Of a DNA stretch of 64,000 bases, positions 28,232 to 44,386 are shown in pieces. Origin of the DNA: the human T2T-CHM13v2.0 reference genome, Homo sapiens. How positions within the stretch are numbered: position 1 is the stretch's first letter; the number at the start of each line of letters is the position of its first letter. The stretch lies in NCBI RefSeq assembly GCF_009914755.1, contig NC_060947.1; one strand, given 5' to 3'. The notes beneath the pieces are model-generated. The model searched no databases, was not told where the DNA came from, and saw only the letters and a program-made list of their open reading frames with translations. Both the position numbers and the translations under genes were made by a program.

Positions 28232-28858
28232 TAGGTGATACTTAGTGCTAAACTCATTTCCGTTTCCACGGTAAGAAAGTTCCAAACCTTCTTTATAACT
28301 GTTGATTTGAAGAGATTCATTTGAGTATTTCTGCTTATACATTCTGACAATCTACCATGCACAGTATGTGTACACATTCTTCATGATCTGTGGAGTGGAA
28401 CTCAAACCAGCCCACCTCAACTTAGTTCATCCTGTGTTCTTTATTGAAAAATGCCATTAGTTGAAGAGTAAATTATAAATTACATTGCTTTCTATATTCT
28501 TAAGTTGTCTCATTCATTATCTTATGTGAAGTGAATGAGCATAATGTCACTAATTATGTAGTCATACATTCCCCAATTTATTTTTGGAGGATAGAAATGT
28601 TCATTTTTCACCAGATCATTTCAGATATATTTTTCAATTTTTACATTACTTGGCCATTTGAGTAATAATTTCCCAATGAAAAATGAGTGCCCTTTGAATA
28701 ATATAGTGTCAATTCATACTTGTTTCTATGTCTACTATATTAGAAATTAGAAAAAAATTCAAATTAGTACCCAATTAGATTGCTGGTGAATAATAGCTAA
28801 TTATAATATAATAATGCGAGCTAATAATACTAAATATAAATATAAACTTTAATGCATA

Positions 28859-29281
28859 TGACATAGTTTGGATGTTGTCCCCACCCAAATTTCATGTTCA
28901 AATTTAATTCTCCAATGTTGGAGGTGGGGCCTGTTGGGAGGTGATTGGATCATGGAGGCAGATTTCTCATGAATGGTTTAGTACCATCTTCTGGATACCT
29001 TTTTCATGACAGTGAGTGAATTCTCATGAGATCTGGTTATTTAAAAGTGTGTGGCATCTCCCCCTCTTACTCTTGCTCCTGCTCTGGCCATGTGACATGT
29101 CTGCTCCCACTTCACCTTCCACCATAAATAAGTTTCCCGAAGTCTCCCCAGAAGCAGACCAGATGCCAGCATTATACTTCCTGTATAGCCTGTAGAACTG
29201 TGAGACAATTAAACCTCTTTTCTTTATAAATGACATAGTGTCAGATAATTTTTTATAGCAAAGTGAGAATGGACTAATAGA
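28859..29281 (+). mobile_element. MST (MaLR) solo LTR, MSTB-like
   Basis: tgacatagtttggatg ... ggaggtggggcctg ... aattaaacctctttt ... ggactaata. Confidence 0.88.
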
Positions 29282-29984
29282 ACATGCAATGTTTCCTTTC
29301 CATGTTCATATATAATGCTGTAAAACTAAGTATGCTGGTTATTCGTAAATGTATGAATTTTATTTTGTTCTCTTATTTTAACTACATGGGATATCGTATT
29401 TTACAACATAAAACCATTGTGAAGGACTGTGTGTATTCCTTGTGTATTCCTTTCATTTTGAGCAGACATTCAGTAAATATTTATTATATGGATGAATGAA
29501 TTTCTACATTTTGTTTAGGAAATCACTCAGTTAGCAAAAGACTGGATAATCTTCAGTAAATAAAATACATAAGTCTATCTGAAGAAAGTTTAGGAATTAA
29601 ATTGTACAAGAGTTGCAGGGGGTAGCTGACCTCCAAATACAGTATGGATACATTACCAGTTCCTTTCTAACTGAGCTAAAACATGATTACAGGGAGGCAG
29701 GGCAGAACCCAGGGGTCTCGACGTTTTGCTTCTTTCCATAGGTTTTTGCAACTATCACTTCTAGTATATATGTAAGAAAATTTGAACACAAACAGTCTCT
29801 TGGGCAACCATCCAAATTCTGGGATATCGCAAAGGATATGGCATATGCCAGGCGTTATAAACATCCAGATCCTGACAAGATTTAATATATGATTTATCAT
29901 TATCAGTTTGCATTTAATCTTTAAATAATCAAGAAAAAAGACAATTAAGACAAGATGATCTAGAAAGAGATTGGTTTTGTTTAG

Positions 29985-30258
29985 TAATTAAGACCCTGGC
30001 TTTCTAGAGAAAGACTACCTAGATTGAAATGCTGTTTGTTTAGCAGCTTTGATTTTTATTATTATTTTTAAATTGATACATAATAATTGGACACGTGTAT
30101 CCACAGTTTACATAATCATTCTGCACAGCCTGTTTACTCATCAGTGAAATTAGTATAATAGAGCTTTTGAGAGGATTAAATGAGTTACTTTATATGGACT
30201 GCTTTGTACCTGTCGCATAGTAAGTGATCACTCACTGTTAAGTGTGATTATTATTGAT
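29985..30258 (+). mobile_element. MIR remnant with a small inserted L1 tail fragment
   Basis: cctgtttactcatcagtgaaat...gagaggattaaatgagtt MIR core. Confidence 0.6.
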
Positions 30259-33006
30259 ACTGACACTGTAGCTAGAATTTATTCCAGAACAGAAAGATTG
30301 TATTAACATAAAAATTGAAATTATCATACCTGCTTCTAACCCTTCTTTGATAAAAACAATAATGAAAACATGGTTTGTCTAGGTCTCTGCTTATATTTCT
30401 AGGTGGCACAGGTATTAATACCACTTTAAAGTGGTTTTCTGGTACAAAACCACTTTAAAGGTCCCACGACATACAGGTCTTAAACTTTATTTCTCTTGAG
30501 TTTGTTTCCAATATTCAGAAAGTTATTCTAATTGCAATTCAGTGAGATAAATAAATTATGATAAGTTTTAGGCATATCGAGTTAGGTACATATGGAAAGG
30601 CTATTAGATAGTGGTTACTTCAAAGCGAAAGCATTCCTTTTTGATTCATATTTGTTTTTCTGCGTGTAGAAACTAAGGGCTATACTAGGTGGTAAACATT
30701 GTTTCTTGGGAATCCAACTTTAAGACTGGCTATAGAAAGCGGTAGTCTGTGCACCTGTGTTGTTATGCATCATATATCAGGACAGTGCCTTGTACATAGT
30801 GAGTCTTCAATAAATATTTGCTAAATTGAATAAATCAGTATTGTCATATTACCTTCTAATAGTATTTAGAAAGTGTCATGTTCTAGTAATTGGATATTTG
30901 GTGCAGAGAGATCATCTCAATGACGAGAGCACTAACTTTATAATGCTTTTCCAGTGCAGAAAAAAAGCAGTGTTTTTTTTTTTTAATTCAAATTTGTTCT
31001 TGTTTCACTAATTGGTCTTAGGTGATAGAATAATATAGGAATAGAATTATTACTATTTCTATTCTGTTTTGAAAAGTAAAAACATATTGTGTTAAATTCA
31101 TACCCTAGCCTAGTAGGAATATTAATTGAATATGCATTTGGAGATTATTTGTAATGAGTATATAAAATTTCAACCTATTATTCTCTGCTTATACTAGGGT
31201 TATATTTTGGTATGTAAAATTAATGTTTCTAATATATTTTAAAATTATGTCTTCTCTGTATGTGGTATTTCCCTTTGTTCTTTATTAATTTGCTTGATAC
31301 ACTCTTTTAAACAGTATCAATCTACCACCTGTTTGAAGTATTACAATTTCTGTATTAGAGAATTCCAAATTAATGAGGTTTGACAGGATTATTATTATAG
31401 TTAATGTGAATAGAGATATAAATATAGGATATACTGATACTTTGACATTTAATTTTGGTACAAACAAATGGTCATAGGTCTTTTTAGAGCCACCATGAAT
31501 ACATGAATTAACTAAAGCAATCCAACAATTTAGCAGCAAGAGAATACAGTTTTATTATCTACTTCCTGAAATGCCATCATATTTAATTTTTACAAAATAA
31601 TTAGGGGAAAATTTACCAATCTAGGAAAGAGATAGAACTCAATAAAATCTCTAGGCATATTGGCAAGAAAATAATAGATTTTTTGAGAACTGTTTAAACT
31701 CTCAGCTTAGCTTTTGACCAAGTCAAATAAGTGGGGACAAAATTTAAATTTTCCCTGTTATAAGGATGTTAAAAAAATCTATGACCCTAACATAACAGAT
31801 TCTGGTTGTTTTATTTTAGTATTTTTTCCATCAGAAGACTAGAAAAAATGCTAGATTTTTGTATACCTCTCTGTCGAATAGTAGTGAGTCCTGAAATATT
31901 TTATGCAATGGAAAATTAAAACTTCCAATATACACATGCGTAGTGCAACATTTTGTAACCTTATGTGAGATCCAGAAATAATAACCATAGGAAAAAAAAT
32001 TCAAACATATTTAGTCATTATGTGTTTACATAACATAATTTGTTGTATAAGTTATCAAAATTAATATATTTTATTTTATATATAATATATAATAATATAG
32101 CAACATTCTTCTTTTGCATTGGTTCCTCTTGAGCACATGCTCAGACTTTTGACTACATGACTTGTCTTTCCATAAATATGTGTCTACTTCTTCTCATTTA
32201 CCTGCCTAGAGAGTTGGCTCTTTGCTTTCTGAGACTTCCACTTCATCTGTTCTCCTTAAGTCCCCACTGCCAGACTGCAAGCTGATATGTTGCATTCCTT
32301 AATTATTCTACATATCAAATCTACAAATACTATGAAAGAAATAAAACATTTCTTAGATGCGTTAAACTCAGCCTAGAAAGTATATTTTGCTTTTTAGATT
32401 CAAATTTAATCCAGCTTTGAGAACAGAAATAACCTATTATTATGCTTCTTCAAAAACATATGTACTGTATATGAATTACTTTTAGGTCTATTCATACAAC
32501 AATGTTTCTGAAAAATACCACTTGTGTTCCTTTTCTACATTCATAGACCCTAAATATTTTAAACATCTGAAGTACACATATAATCAAATTTACTTTATCC
32601 TATAAATGGTTTAGGAATCAGAAAAAAATAGGTAGCAAAAAAAAAAAGAAAAAAACAGCGATATGATTATTAGAGATTACCAAACACAGGCTTGGAGGAT
32701 TGTACCACCTGTGCTGCTTTGAATGAGCATTTTTAGATCACTGAGAGGGTGTGATTATTTTAGTTCACCACTACTACCTCTCTCACTCTTCCATCCATGG
32801 CTCTACTTTGGATTTGGTGATAGCAGCATTCGGTGAAAAACAAACCAAGAAAACTGTATGTGGCCTAAGTGTTCAAATAAACCATAAATGGAAATTGCAA
32901 TAAAGCCATTCAATTACATTAGATTAGGAGGAATCCCATTATTCTGCTTTTGTTTCTTCTTGTATTTTCTATTTTTCAAATACGTTTCAATTACTTGATA
33001 CAGAAG

Positions 33007-33734
<728 letters not shown>

Positions 33735-33958
33735 AGAAGTCTAAAAAATATAAATTAAATCAACAGACTTCACCACTAATCTGGAAATATTATTTCAGTG
33801 AGAAATACTGTTTATTTTCGTGTATCTTCACCAAGATTTGATAGTGAAGAACACAGTTTTTATTTTTTCATTAAAGATATCCATAGAAAAGCATCCAACG
33901 TTTCAGTTAGATAGGAGAAACAAGTTATAGTGGTAAGAAACGTCTATTCCTTGCTTTT

Positions 33959-34012
33959 TGATGTGGTTGGCTCTGTGTCCTCACCCTAATCTCATCTTGT
34001 GGCTCCATAATA
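33959..34012 (+). mobile_element. First ~54 bp of a THE1 (MaLR) LTR, truncated
   Basis: tgatgtggttggctctgtgtcctcaccctaatctcatcttgtggctccataat resembles the THE1 LTR start. Confidence 0.7.
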
Positions 34013-34749
34013 CTAGGGAATGTATCCAAGTCGCAGCACCGAAGTATGTTACCAGCAGCGAATCCATACAGGTCTACAGCAACTTGGTTCTTGACTCCTT
34101 GGAGGAAATAATTTGGCCAAGAAGCAAACGTAGATATAAGGCAGAGAGAGAGACTAAGGCAAGTTTTAGGGCAGGAGTGAGTTTATGTAAAAGTTTTAGA
34201 ACCAGAACAAAAGAAAGTAAAGTACCCTTGGAAGAGGGCCAGATGAGTGAGTTACTTGAGAGATCCAAGTGTCCTGTCCAACTCTTGACTTGGGGTTTCA
34301 TACATTGGCATGGTTCCGGAGTTTGCATTTCTTCTCCCCAGATTCTTTCCTTAAAGCAGGTTGCCCACATGCATGGTGGCCTGCCAGCATGAGGGGCCAC
34401 GTGCAGGGTGTTTACTGAAGTTGTGTGCATGCTCACCTGAAATGCTTTTCCCTTACCAGTGGACTGTTCCTAGAGGAAGGTCATATGCTGGTTAAACTAC
34501 CATTTTGTCTCTTAGTGTGCATGCTTGAGCCTGCTCACCCAAGCCCTGAGATCTTATCAAGAATCTGCTGATAACAAGCTTCAGTTGTTTCCTATTAATG
34601 GAAGACTGCCTTACCCTGGCACAGGCTGTGATCATTTATTATTTTAGAGAGAGTTTAACGACTAACTGACCATCACCTGATGGTCGTCAGACATTCCTCA
34701 GGGGAGGGATCCTCTCCTGGCCTCATGTGCCTGGCTACCTACTCTAAAA
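34013..34749 (-). mobile_element. MER50-like ERV1 5' LTR (34047-34749) with a short internal stub carrying a tRNA-His-type primer binding site
   Basis: tgttaccagc ... cctggctacctactcta LTR ends. 34024-34041 atccaagtcgcagcaccg matches the tRNA-His 3' end ATCCGAGTCACGGCACCA at 14/18 positions. Confidence 0.8.
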
Positions 34750-34847
34750 ATATCCTAAATATTAAAAACATATATGCTTTCATAGCAGTTCATATGCTTT
34801 GGATTTTATGGGAGAATTGTAGGCTTTTGCTTTATGTTATTCTTATA

Positions 34848-35716
34848 GAGCCGTGTGCTGCCTAACATTTTAGTCAACTACATACTGAGTATACCATGGT
34901 AGTCCCATGAAACCTGAACAATTCCTATTGTTTAGTGACATCTTAATAATCTTGACTCAGTTTAGATCTAGGCTAATATATGTTTTCATGTCTTCGTTTT
35001 TAACAAAAAAAGTCTAAAAAGCAAAATTAATAAATAAAATTAAAAATTATTAAAAATAGAAAAAATGTTTATAAAATATGGACATAAAGACAAAATATTT
35101 TTGTGCAGCTGTGCAATGTTTGTGTTTTGAGTCAAAAAATTAAAAAATTACAGAGAAAATTAAAAATCAACATAAAAATTATCTTTCTTCAGTAATAAAT
35201 TAGCTTACTGTAACTAAATAAGCTAAGTTACAGTAAGCTAAGTCTAATTTATTATTAAAGATAAATTTTAAAATAAATTTCACTACTTATAAAGTCCACA
35301 GTAGTGTACAGTAATGTTCAGTAATGTTGTAGTCTGCCACATTTACACAACACTGACTCACTCATTCACCCACCCAGAGCGACTTTTAATCCTGCAAACT
35401 CCATTCACAGTAAATGTCCAATATTGGTATACCATTTTTTTATATTTTGTACTGTATTTTCCTGTACTTTTTTATGTTTAGATATGTTTAGCCAGACAAA
35501 TCCTGTTGTGTTACCATTGTCTACAGTATTAAAAGTACAGTAACATGTTGTACAGGTTTGTAACTGAGGAGCAATAGGCTGTACTGTATAGCCTAGGTGT
35601 GTAGTAGGTTATATCATGTAGGCTTGTGTAAATACATTCTATGATGTTTGCACAAGAAAATTGCCTATTGATGCGTTTTTCAGAAGGTATCCCTCTTGTT
35701 AAACAACTTGTGTCTG
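34848..35716 (+). mobile_element. Tigger3-family (TcMar) deletion derivative
   Basis: TA-flanked, with atagcctaggtgtgtagtagg...tctatgatgtttgcacaa and shared blocks with the copy at 44387-45599. Confidence 0.82.
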
Positions 35717-36539
35717 TATATATAGTGTATCTTTGTATGTTTGTCTCTATACATGCATGTGTGTATATAAAAATGAAAGCAGGTTCTAGAGGTCTAATAA
35801 CTTGAATCCTGTCTGCTGTTACCTCATTTGGCATAGTATTTAGCTTGCTTTTAGATTTCTGGGCAGATATCTTTTTAGAATCATAAGAATATGTAAGGTG
35901 CCCTGACACTTAAAATTCTTACACACATGTGAAGAAAATCTCACATTTTATTATTAAAATTGTCTTTTAAATCATAAAGAATGGGCATATTTTAAAATTG
36001 GGAGTTAGTAGTCAAGACAGTGTCTGTAAGATGAGGTTCAAGAGGCTAGAGGAGCAACAGAGCAGGGAATTATGGGGCAGAAGGCAAACTTCAGAAGACA
36101 AATAAACAGTAGCACCAGTAATAATTTAATTGAGACTACCTCTGTGTAACAAACAGTGAAGGATAATACATAAATCTTAGCATTTGCATGCGTTTTAACT
36201 GAATTTTTGTTAAAGATATGACATATCAGTTATTTCAAGAAAATAAGTGTGTAAGAACTTGGGAGGCAAGCATAACATCAAAATTCTTAAAGAATACAGA
36301 AAAGATAAATTAAGGGTCTGAAACCCACTGTAAAATTGAAGATTGTATAGAATTACACCACAATTTTAATTAGCATGTTTTTACCTACAGGAATGTTGAT
36401 AAATACTAAATAAAATTCTGCTGCTGTCGTTAGTATTTTTAGTGGTGCCATGTAATACTATTAGGAGAATGGGGGATTTAATAATTAAGCAGAATTTGTC
36501 CTAATCTATGTAATAGTTTTTCATCATCAAACAACAAAT

Positions 36540-39500
36540 ATTTATTTATTTTTATTTTTTAAAATTTACACACTATAATTGTATATAGTTATGAAGTACA
36601 ATTTGATGTTTAAATACATATATGTTATATAATGATCAAATCATGATATTTATATGCATCATTATTATGCATGATATTTATATGCATCATACATATAAAT
36701 AAATATATGTATTTATTTCTTTGTGCTGAGCATTCAAAAGCTTCTTTTCCAGCTATCTGCTAATATACAGTACTTTACAGTTAACCACACTCACTCTACT
36801 GTGCAATGAAATATCAGAATTCATTCCTCCAATCTAATTGTCACATTGTACCTTTTAACCACCCTCTCTCCACCCTCCCTTTCCCCACTGCTTCCCAGTC
36901 TCTAGTAACCACTGTTCCACTCCCCGCTTCTATGATATCAACTCTTTTGTTTCTTAATTCCACGTATTAGTGAGATCATGTGGTATTTGTCTTTCAGTGT
37001 CTAACATTTTATTTAACATAATGTTCTCTAGGTCGATCCTTGTTTCATAAGCGGCAGGATTTTAATCCTTTTTATGGCTAAATAGTATTTAATTGTGTAT
37101 ATATACTACATTTTTTATTTATTCATTAATTGTTGGACACTTGAGTTTATTCCATATCTTGTCTGCTCTAACTAGTGCAGCAATAGTGAAGGAAGTGCAG
37201 ACATCTTTTTGACATACTGATGTTATTTTCTTTGCATGTATACCCAGTAGTGGGATTGAAAGATCCTATGGTATCTATCGGTCACATAGGTATTCATATG
37301 GTAGTACTATTTGTATTTTTTTGAGAAATCTACATGCTGTTTTCCATAGTAGCTGTACTAATTTATAATCATGCCAACAGTGTGTTCACTTTTCTCAACA
37401 AACTCACCAAGACTTTTCTTTTTTTCTTTTTTTTCTTCTTTTTTTTGTTAACAGTTATTCCAGCTGGCGTGAGATAGTATCTCAACGTGGTTTTGATTAG
37501 TGTTTCCTTGATAATTAGTGATATTAAACATTTTTATATACCAGTTGGCCATTTATATGTCCATTTTTGTGACATGACTATTAAAGTATTTTGACCATTT
37601 TTAATCAGGTTATTTGGTTTATGGTGAGTTGTTTAAATTCTTTATATATTCTAGGTATTAACCCCTTGTCAGCTGTATAGCTTGGAAATATTTTCTCACA
37701 ATTTGAACATTATCTTTTCATTTTGTTAATTGTTTCCTTTGCTATAAAAAAACCTTTCAGTTTGATGTAGTTCATTTTGTTTCTTTTTGTTTTTGTTGCC
37801 TGTGCTTTTGAGGTCTTATTTAAACACTCCTTGCCCCTCCCAATGTCACAGAGCATTTGCACTATGTTCTCTTCTAGTATTTTAATACTTTTGAGTGTTA
37901 TATGCATGTTTTTAATCTATTTTGAGTTGATTTTTGTATATGGTGAGAGGCAGGATTCTAGTCTCATTCTCCTGCAGCTGGATATCCAATTTTCCCAACA
38001 CCATTTATTGAAGAAATTTTTCCCAGTGTGTGTTGTTGAAACTTTTATTGAAAACCACTTGACTATAGATGTGTGAATTTATTTCTGGGCTCTTTGTTCT
38101 GTTCCGTTATTCCTTGTGCCTGTTTTAATACCAATATCATACTTTGTTGATTACTATAGTCTTGTAATATACTTTGAAGTTAGGTAGCATGATGGCTCCA
38201 ACCTCATTTTTTTCGCTCAGGATTCCTTTGGCTATTCAAGATATTTTGTGGTTCCATATGAATTTTAGGATTTGTTTTTGTATTCCTGTGAGGAATGTCA
38301 TTTGTATTTTCATTGGTATTGCATTAAATCTGTAGATTGCATTGGGTAGTATGGCCATTTGAGAAAATTAATTCTTTCAATCTGTTAACATGGGATATCT
38401 TTCCATTTTTTCATGTCTCTGTTTTCTTTATTACTCTCTTATAGTTCTTATTTGTTAAGGTTATTTCTAGGTATTTTATTTTTATATATATTTAAATTGA
38501 ATTGTTTTCTTGATTTATTTTTGAGATAGCTTGCTGTTAGCATGTAGATACACTACTGATTTTTGTTACGTTGAATTTTTATACCATGACTTTATTTGTT
38601 TATTACTTCTAACAGATTTTTGTGTAGTCTTTAGAGTTTTCTATATATAAGATAATGCCATCTGCAAATAGATACAATTTGGCTTCCTCCTTTCCAATTT
38701 GATGCCTTTCATTTTTCTCTTTTGCCTAATTGGTCTGACTAGGTCTTCCAGTGCTATGTGGAAGTGGTAACAGTGGTCATCTATGTCCTATTCCTAATCT
38801 TAGATAAAAAGCTTTTAGTTTTTCCCAATTCACTAGTTTGCATGTTAGCTTTGGGTTTGTAATATATGGCCTTTATTGTACTGAGGTACATACAGTCTAT
38901 GTCTAATTTGTTGAGAGTTTTTTTTTAATCATGAAGCCTTGTTAAATCTTATTAAATACTTTTTCTGTGTCTATTAAGATGATCATATGGTCTTGTTTGT
39001 TTTCTTAATGCGGTGTATCAAATATATTAATTTGCATATGGTGAACTCTCCTTGCATCCCTGGGATTAATCCCACTTGATCACAATAGATGATGTCTTTA
39101 ACGTGCTGTTGAATTTGGTTTGCTTGTATATTGTTGAAAATTTTTCCATCTATGTTCAAGAAACCTATAGTTTTTGTTGTTGTATTCTTGTTTGGTTTTG
39201 AAATCAGGGTAATACTGGTATATGAAATGAATTTGAAAGTTTTTTTTTCTCATTTTCTATATTCTGGATTAGTTTGAGGATGATTGGTATTAGTTGTTAC
39301 TTAAATGTTTGGTAGAATTCAGCAGTGAACAAGCTCAGCCTAAAATTGTTAGAAGAAAAAAACAATGAAGCTAATACTAGAAATAAACAATATACAGACT
39401 AAAAGCATTCAAAATATCAATGAAATTAAGAATTGGTTATTTGAAAAACTAAACAAAAATCATTAGCTAAAGAAAAGAGAAAATATGGAAATAAAATCAG

Positions 39501-39740
39501 AGATGAAAAGGGAGACATTACAACTAGTATCACAGAAATACAAAAAAATTCATAAAAGTGTATTATAAACAAGTATAGGCCAACAAATTTGAGAACATAA
39601 AAAATGGATAAATTCCTAGACACATGCACCCTATCAAGATTAAATTATGAATAAATAGAAACTCTAGACAGACAAGTAATGAGTGAGAAAATTAAATCAT
39701 TAAAAAAAAGTCTTTCATCAATAAAAGACCCAGGTCTTGA
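36540..39740 (-). mobile_element. 5'-truncated L1MA element with an inverted 5' segment (39330-39740)
   Basis: T-rich tail at ~36540, antisense ORF2 up to ...agaattcagcagtgaa (39329), then a sense-oriented ORF2 piece ending aaagacccaggtcttga. Confidence 0.85.
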
Positions 39741-41503
39741 TTAATGTAGCAAATGTCTTTTGAAAGTCAATTGTTTATCAGCATTATTAATACTAAAAAT
39801 GTAGAAACTATTTTCTTTATTTTCAAGAGTTTACATTTGGACAGAGTTTACATTTGCACAGAGATATAAAGAAATAAATACAAGCTAATACATATAAAGC
39901 AAAAAATAAAAAGTTTAGAAAACAAATGCTTCTGAAAGTAAGAAATAACACTATTGGCTTAGTTGGCAAATAATGACAATATTTTGAAGACATATCTGAG
40001 GACTTACATAAAACATTTCTTAAATCTTCTGTGGATATTATAGATCCTAGAGATGAATAACCTGTTTATACAATTTACGGATTATTCCTCTTCATTTCTT
40101 GAGAAGTTTAGTTTCTGGCCTATCATATATATTTTCTGATCTATGCCATCTTTTTTATTCCTGGCAATCTCAGTATCTGTGTAGATGAAACTTAGAGTAG
40201 CCTGGCCTCTCAGTTGCTTCACCTCCAGCAATAACATGTTGCACCCTAGCGCAACTCTCAAATCTTGTGGCCACACTCCATCATCTTGTCATTATCAACA
40301 ATGGCATATGTTCCGTAGCATTGATTTCAAGCAATCAAGTCTCTGGTCACTTCCTCCTACCTTTTCAGTTCATTCCTTCAAAATTATTTTAGCCCTATTG
40401 GGTCTGCCAACCCACTAACCTTCACACATACCTAATGTCCTCAGTTCGCTACTTACCCAGCTTACACTCCATGTAGCATAATCAGAATCACATACCTGCA
40501 TATGCCCTTAAATTCTCTTCTTCCTTTGTGCTTTTCTAGAAAAACAAAAACCTTGGTTAAGTTTAGCTTGCCATGTATTTTGTGCCTGTATCTAATAAGA
40601 ACTATACTGATAGTCTAATTTTAAACATTACCACAAAAATCAACTGGACCTGTAATGCTACATAGTCCTAATGTAGTTTCCTAGTCAGTTTACCCTTTGA
40701 CTCTCATAAACAGCTCTTCTTCACCTTCGTCTCTTATCCTCAACTTCCAAAACTTGCTCCTCATTCTTTTTATAATCTTTAAATGTAGAAGTCACCAGAG
40801 ATGACCTCAAACCCCTTTCCTAATAACATGCATTCTTTGGGGTGATATCATTTAGTCCCATGGCCTTAAATGTCATTGTTGGCAATGGCCCCACTTATAT
40901 GTCAGTTGTTCCCCTTAATGCCAGAGTCACAAATCTAACATTCTCCTCAATTATCTCCCTGGAATTATAATAGGTATCACCAACTTGATATATCCTAACA
41001 CACTTATGATTACTACACCTATCCTTCCCTATCTCAGTAACCATCTTTACCATTTAGGCAGTTGCTGATGTCAAACCTAGAAATCATCTTTGGTTTATTT
41101 CTTTAGCATTCTTTACGTAATCCATCATAAAATCTATTTGGTTCTACTTTTAAAATGTATTCAGAATTTAACAACTCCTAACTACTTCTATCAATACCAC
41201 CACTTCTATAATCTTGATTACTACAATACACTTGTAATTCTTCTTCCCATTTCCACCCTTGCCTCATAAACGCCAGGAGATTTTAAAGACTTAAATCACA
41301 TCATGCTACTTCTGTTCAAAATGTGAATTCCCAGTGTTGCTGCATGACCTGGTGTATCACCAGCTCTCTGACCTCACCATTCTCTTCCTTTCACTAGTTC
41401 TGCTTTAGCCACACTGGACTGTTGCAGTTCCTTGAACGATGCACTGCACAGTTTCCCTTCTGAAGGGCTTTTTTTTTTCCCCAGGAATTACCTTTACTAG
41501 GAT

Positions 41504-43029
<1,526 letters not shown>

Positions 43030-43785
43030 AGGATATTTACATGGCTTGCTTTCTCAGTTTTCTCAGCTGATTAATCTTATCATAGATGCCTTCCATTACC
43101 ACTCTACATAAAATGCCACCAGCCTCCCCATCCCAAAGCCTCGACTCTCTTCCCTCACTTTGTTTCTCTTCATAGACCTTAACACTACCTGACATACTTA
43201 TTTGTTTACATTCTAAGCCCTCCCATGAGACAAAGTGCATGAGAATCAGAGTTTGTTGTGTTTACTGCTATATCTTCACTTCCTAAAATAGTTCTGTTCA
43301 GGCACTAAGAAATCAATAAGTAGCTGTGGAATGAATAAATCTCCTGAGATGTTTAAATGCAAAGTTCTATTGAAAGTTAGGACACACACACACATTCAGC
43401 AGAAACAATGAGTCTAAATATTAACCATATTGGGTAGTATTTGGGTATCAGGAAGAATATCTGATGGCTTACTTTTTCTACTGACTCCAAATTGTATGTA
43501 TAGTTTTCTTCTGTCTTCTTAATTTGACATAGACAATAATTCTGTATGTTATTTTCTGAACATTTCTGCATTTAGAATTATCAAAATATAATTATTTAAA
43601 TTTACATATTAATATATATGATAGTAGAAAAATATCAAAATCATTGCTGAGTTTCTTAAACATTCCATTCCAATAAAACACATAACTGAAAGACATTTAA
43701 CTGCATTTGTGAAATTTCTTCACTTTCTTTTTAACTTTGAGCAGTGTAAATGAAAAAGGATTAGGTGATTAAAACAAGCCTCTGT

Positions 43786-44088
43786 GGCTGAGCGCAGTGG
43801 CTCACACCTGTAATTTCAGCACTTTGGGAGGTTGAGGCTAGTGGATGTCTTGATACCAGGAGTTCGAGACCAGCCTGGCCAACATGGTGAAACCCTGTCT
43901 CTACTAAAAATACAAAGATTAGCCAGGTGTGGTGGTGCACGTCCGCAGTCCCAGCTACTTGGGAGGTTGAGGCATGAGAATCGCTTGAACCCAGGAGGCA
44001 GAAGTTGCAGTGAGCCAAGATCAGGCCATTGCCCTCCAGCCTGGGCAACACAGCGAGATTCTGTCTCTTCTCAAAAAAAGAAAAAAAG
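43786..44088 (+). mobile_element. AluS (Sx/Sz-like)
   Basis: Full dimer with A tail and diverged TSD aagcctctg / aagcttctg. Confidence 0.9.
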
Positions 44089-44386
44089 CTTCTGAGAATA
44101 TAAATTCTATTTAAATTAAAAAATTGCTTTTATTAAAACTGTTAATGAATCTGAAAATATCACAAATGATTTAAGACAATTTCCTTAATGTATGGCATAT
44201 TTTACAAGGGCTATAGAAATAACCACAAAAATATTAAAAAGGGTATTTGGTAAGTAAAAACATTCATATATTTTTCAAGTGTTAACATCTTAGTGTCTGG
44301 TTTCTATACTAGTGTTTAAGATTGGAGGTGGTAGAGCATAGTGGTCAGATCAAATACTCTGGGACATGATGGAACTGGTTCAAGTA

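Noticed and set aside
34024-34041. tRNA-His-like sequence
   Set aside because: Only 18 nt matching the 3' end including CCA, adjacent to an LTR. It is a primer binding site, not a tRNA gene.
33958-34436. Overlapping 144-aa and 120-aa ORFs
   Set aside because: They lie in LTR sequence across a repeat junction, with no recognisable domain or splice support.
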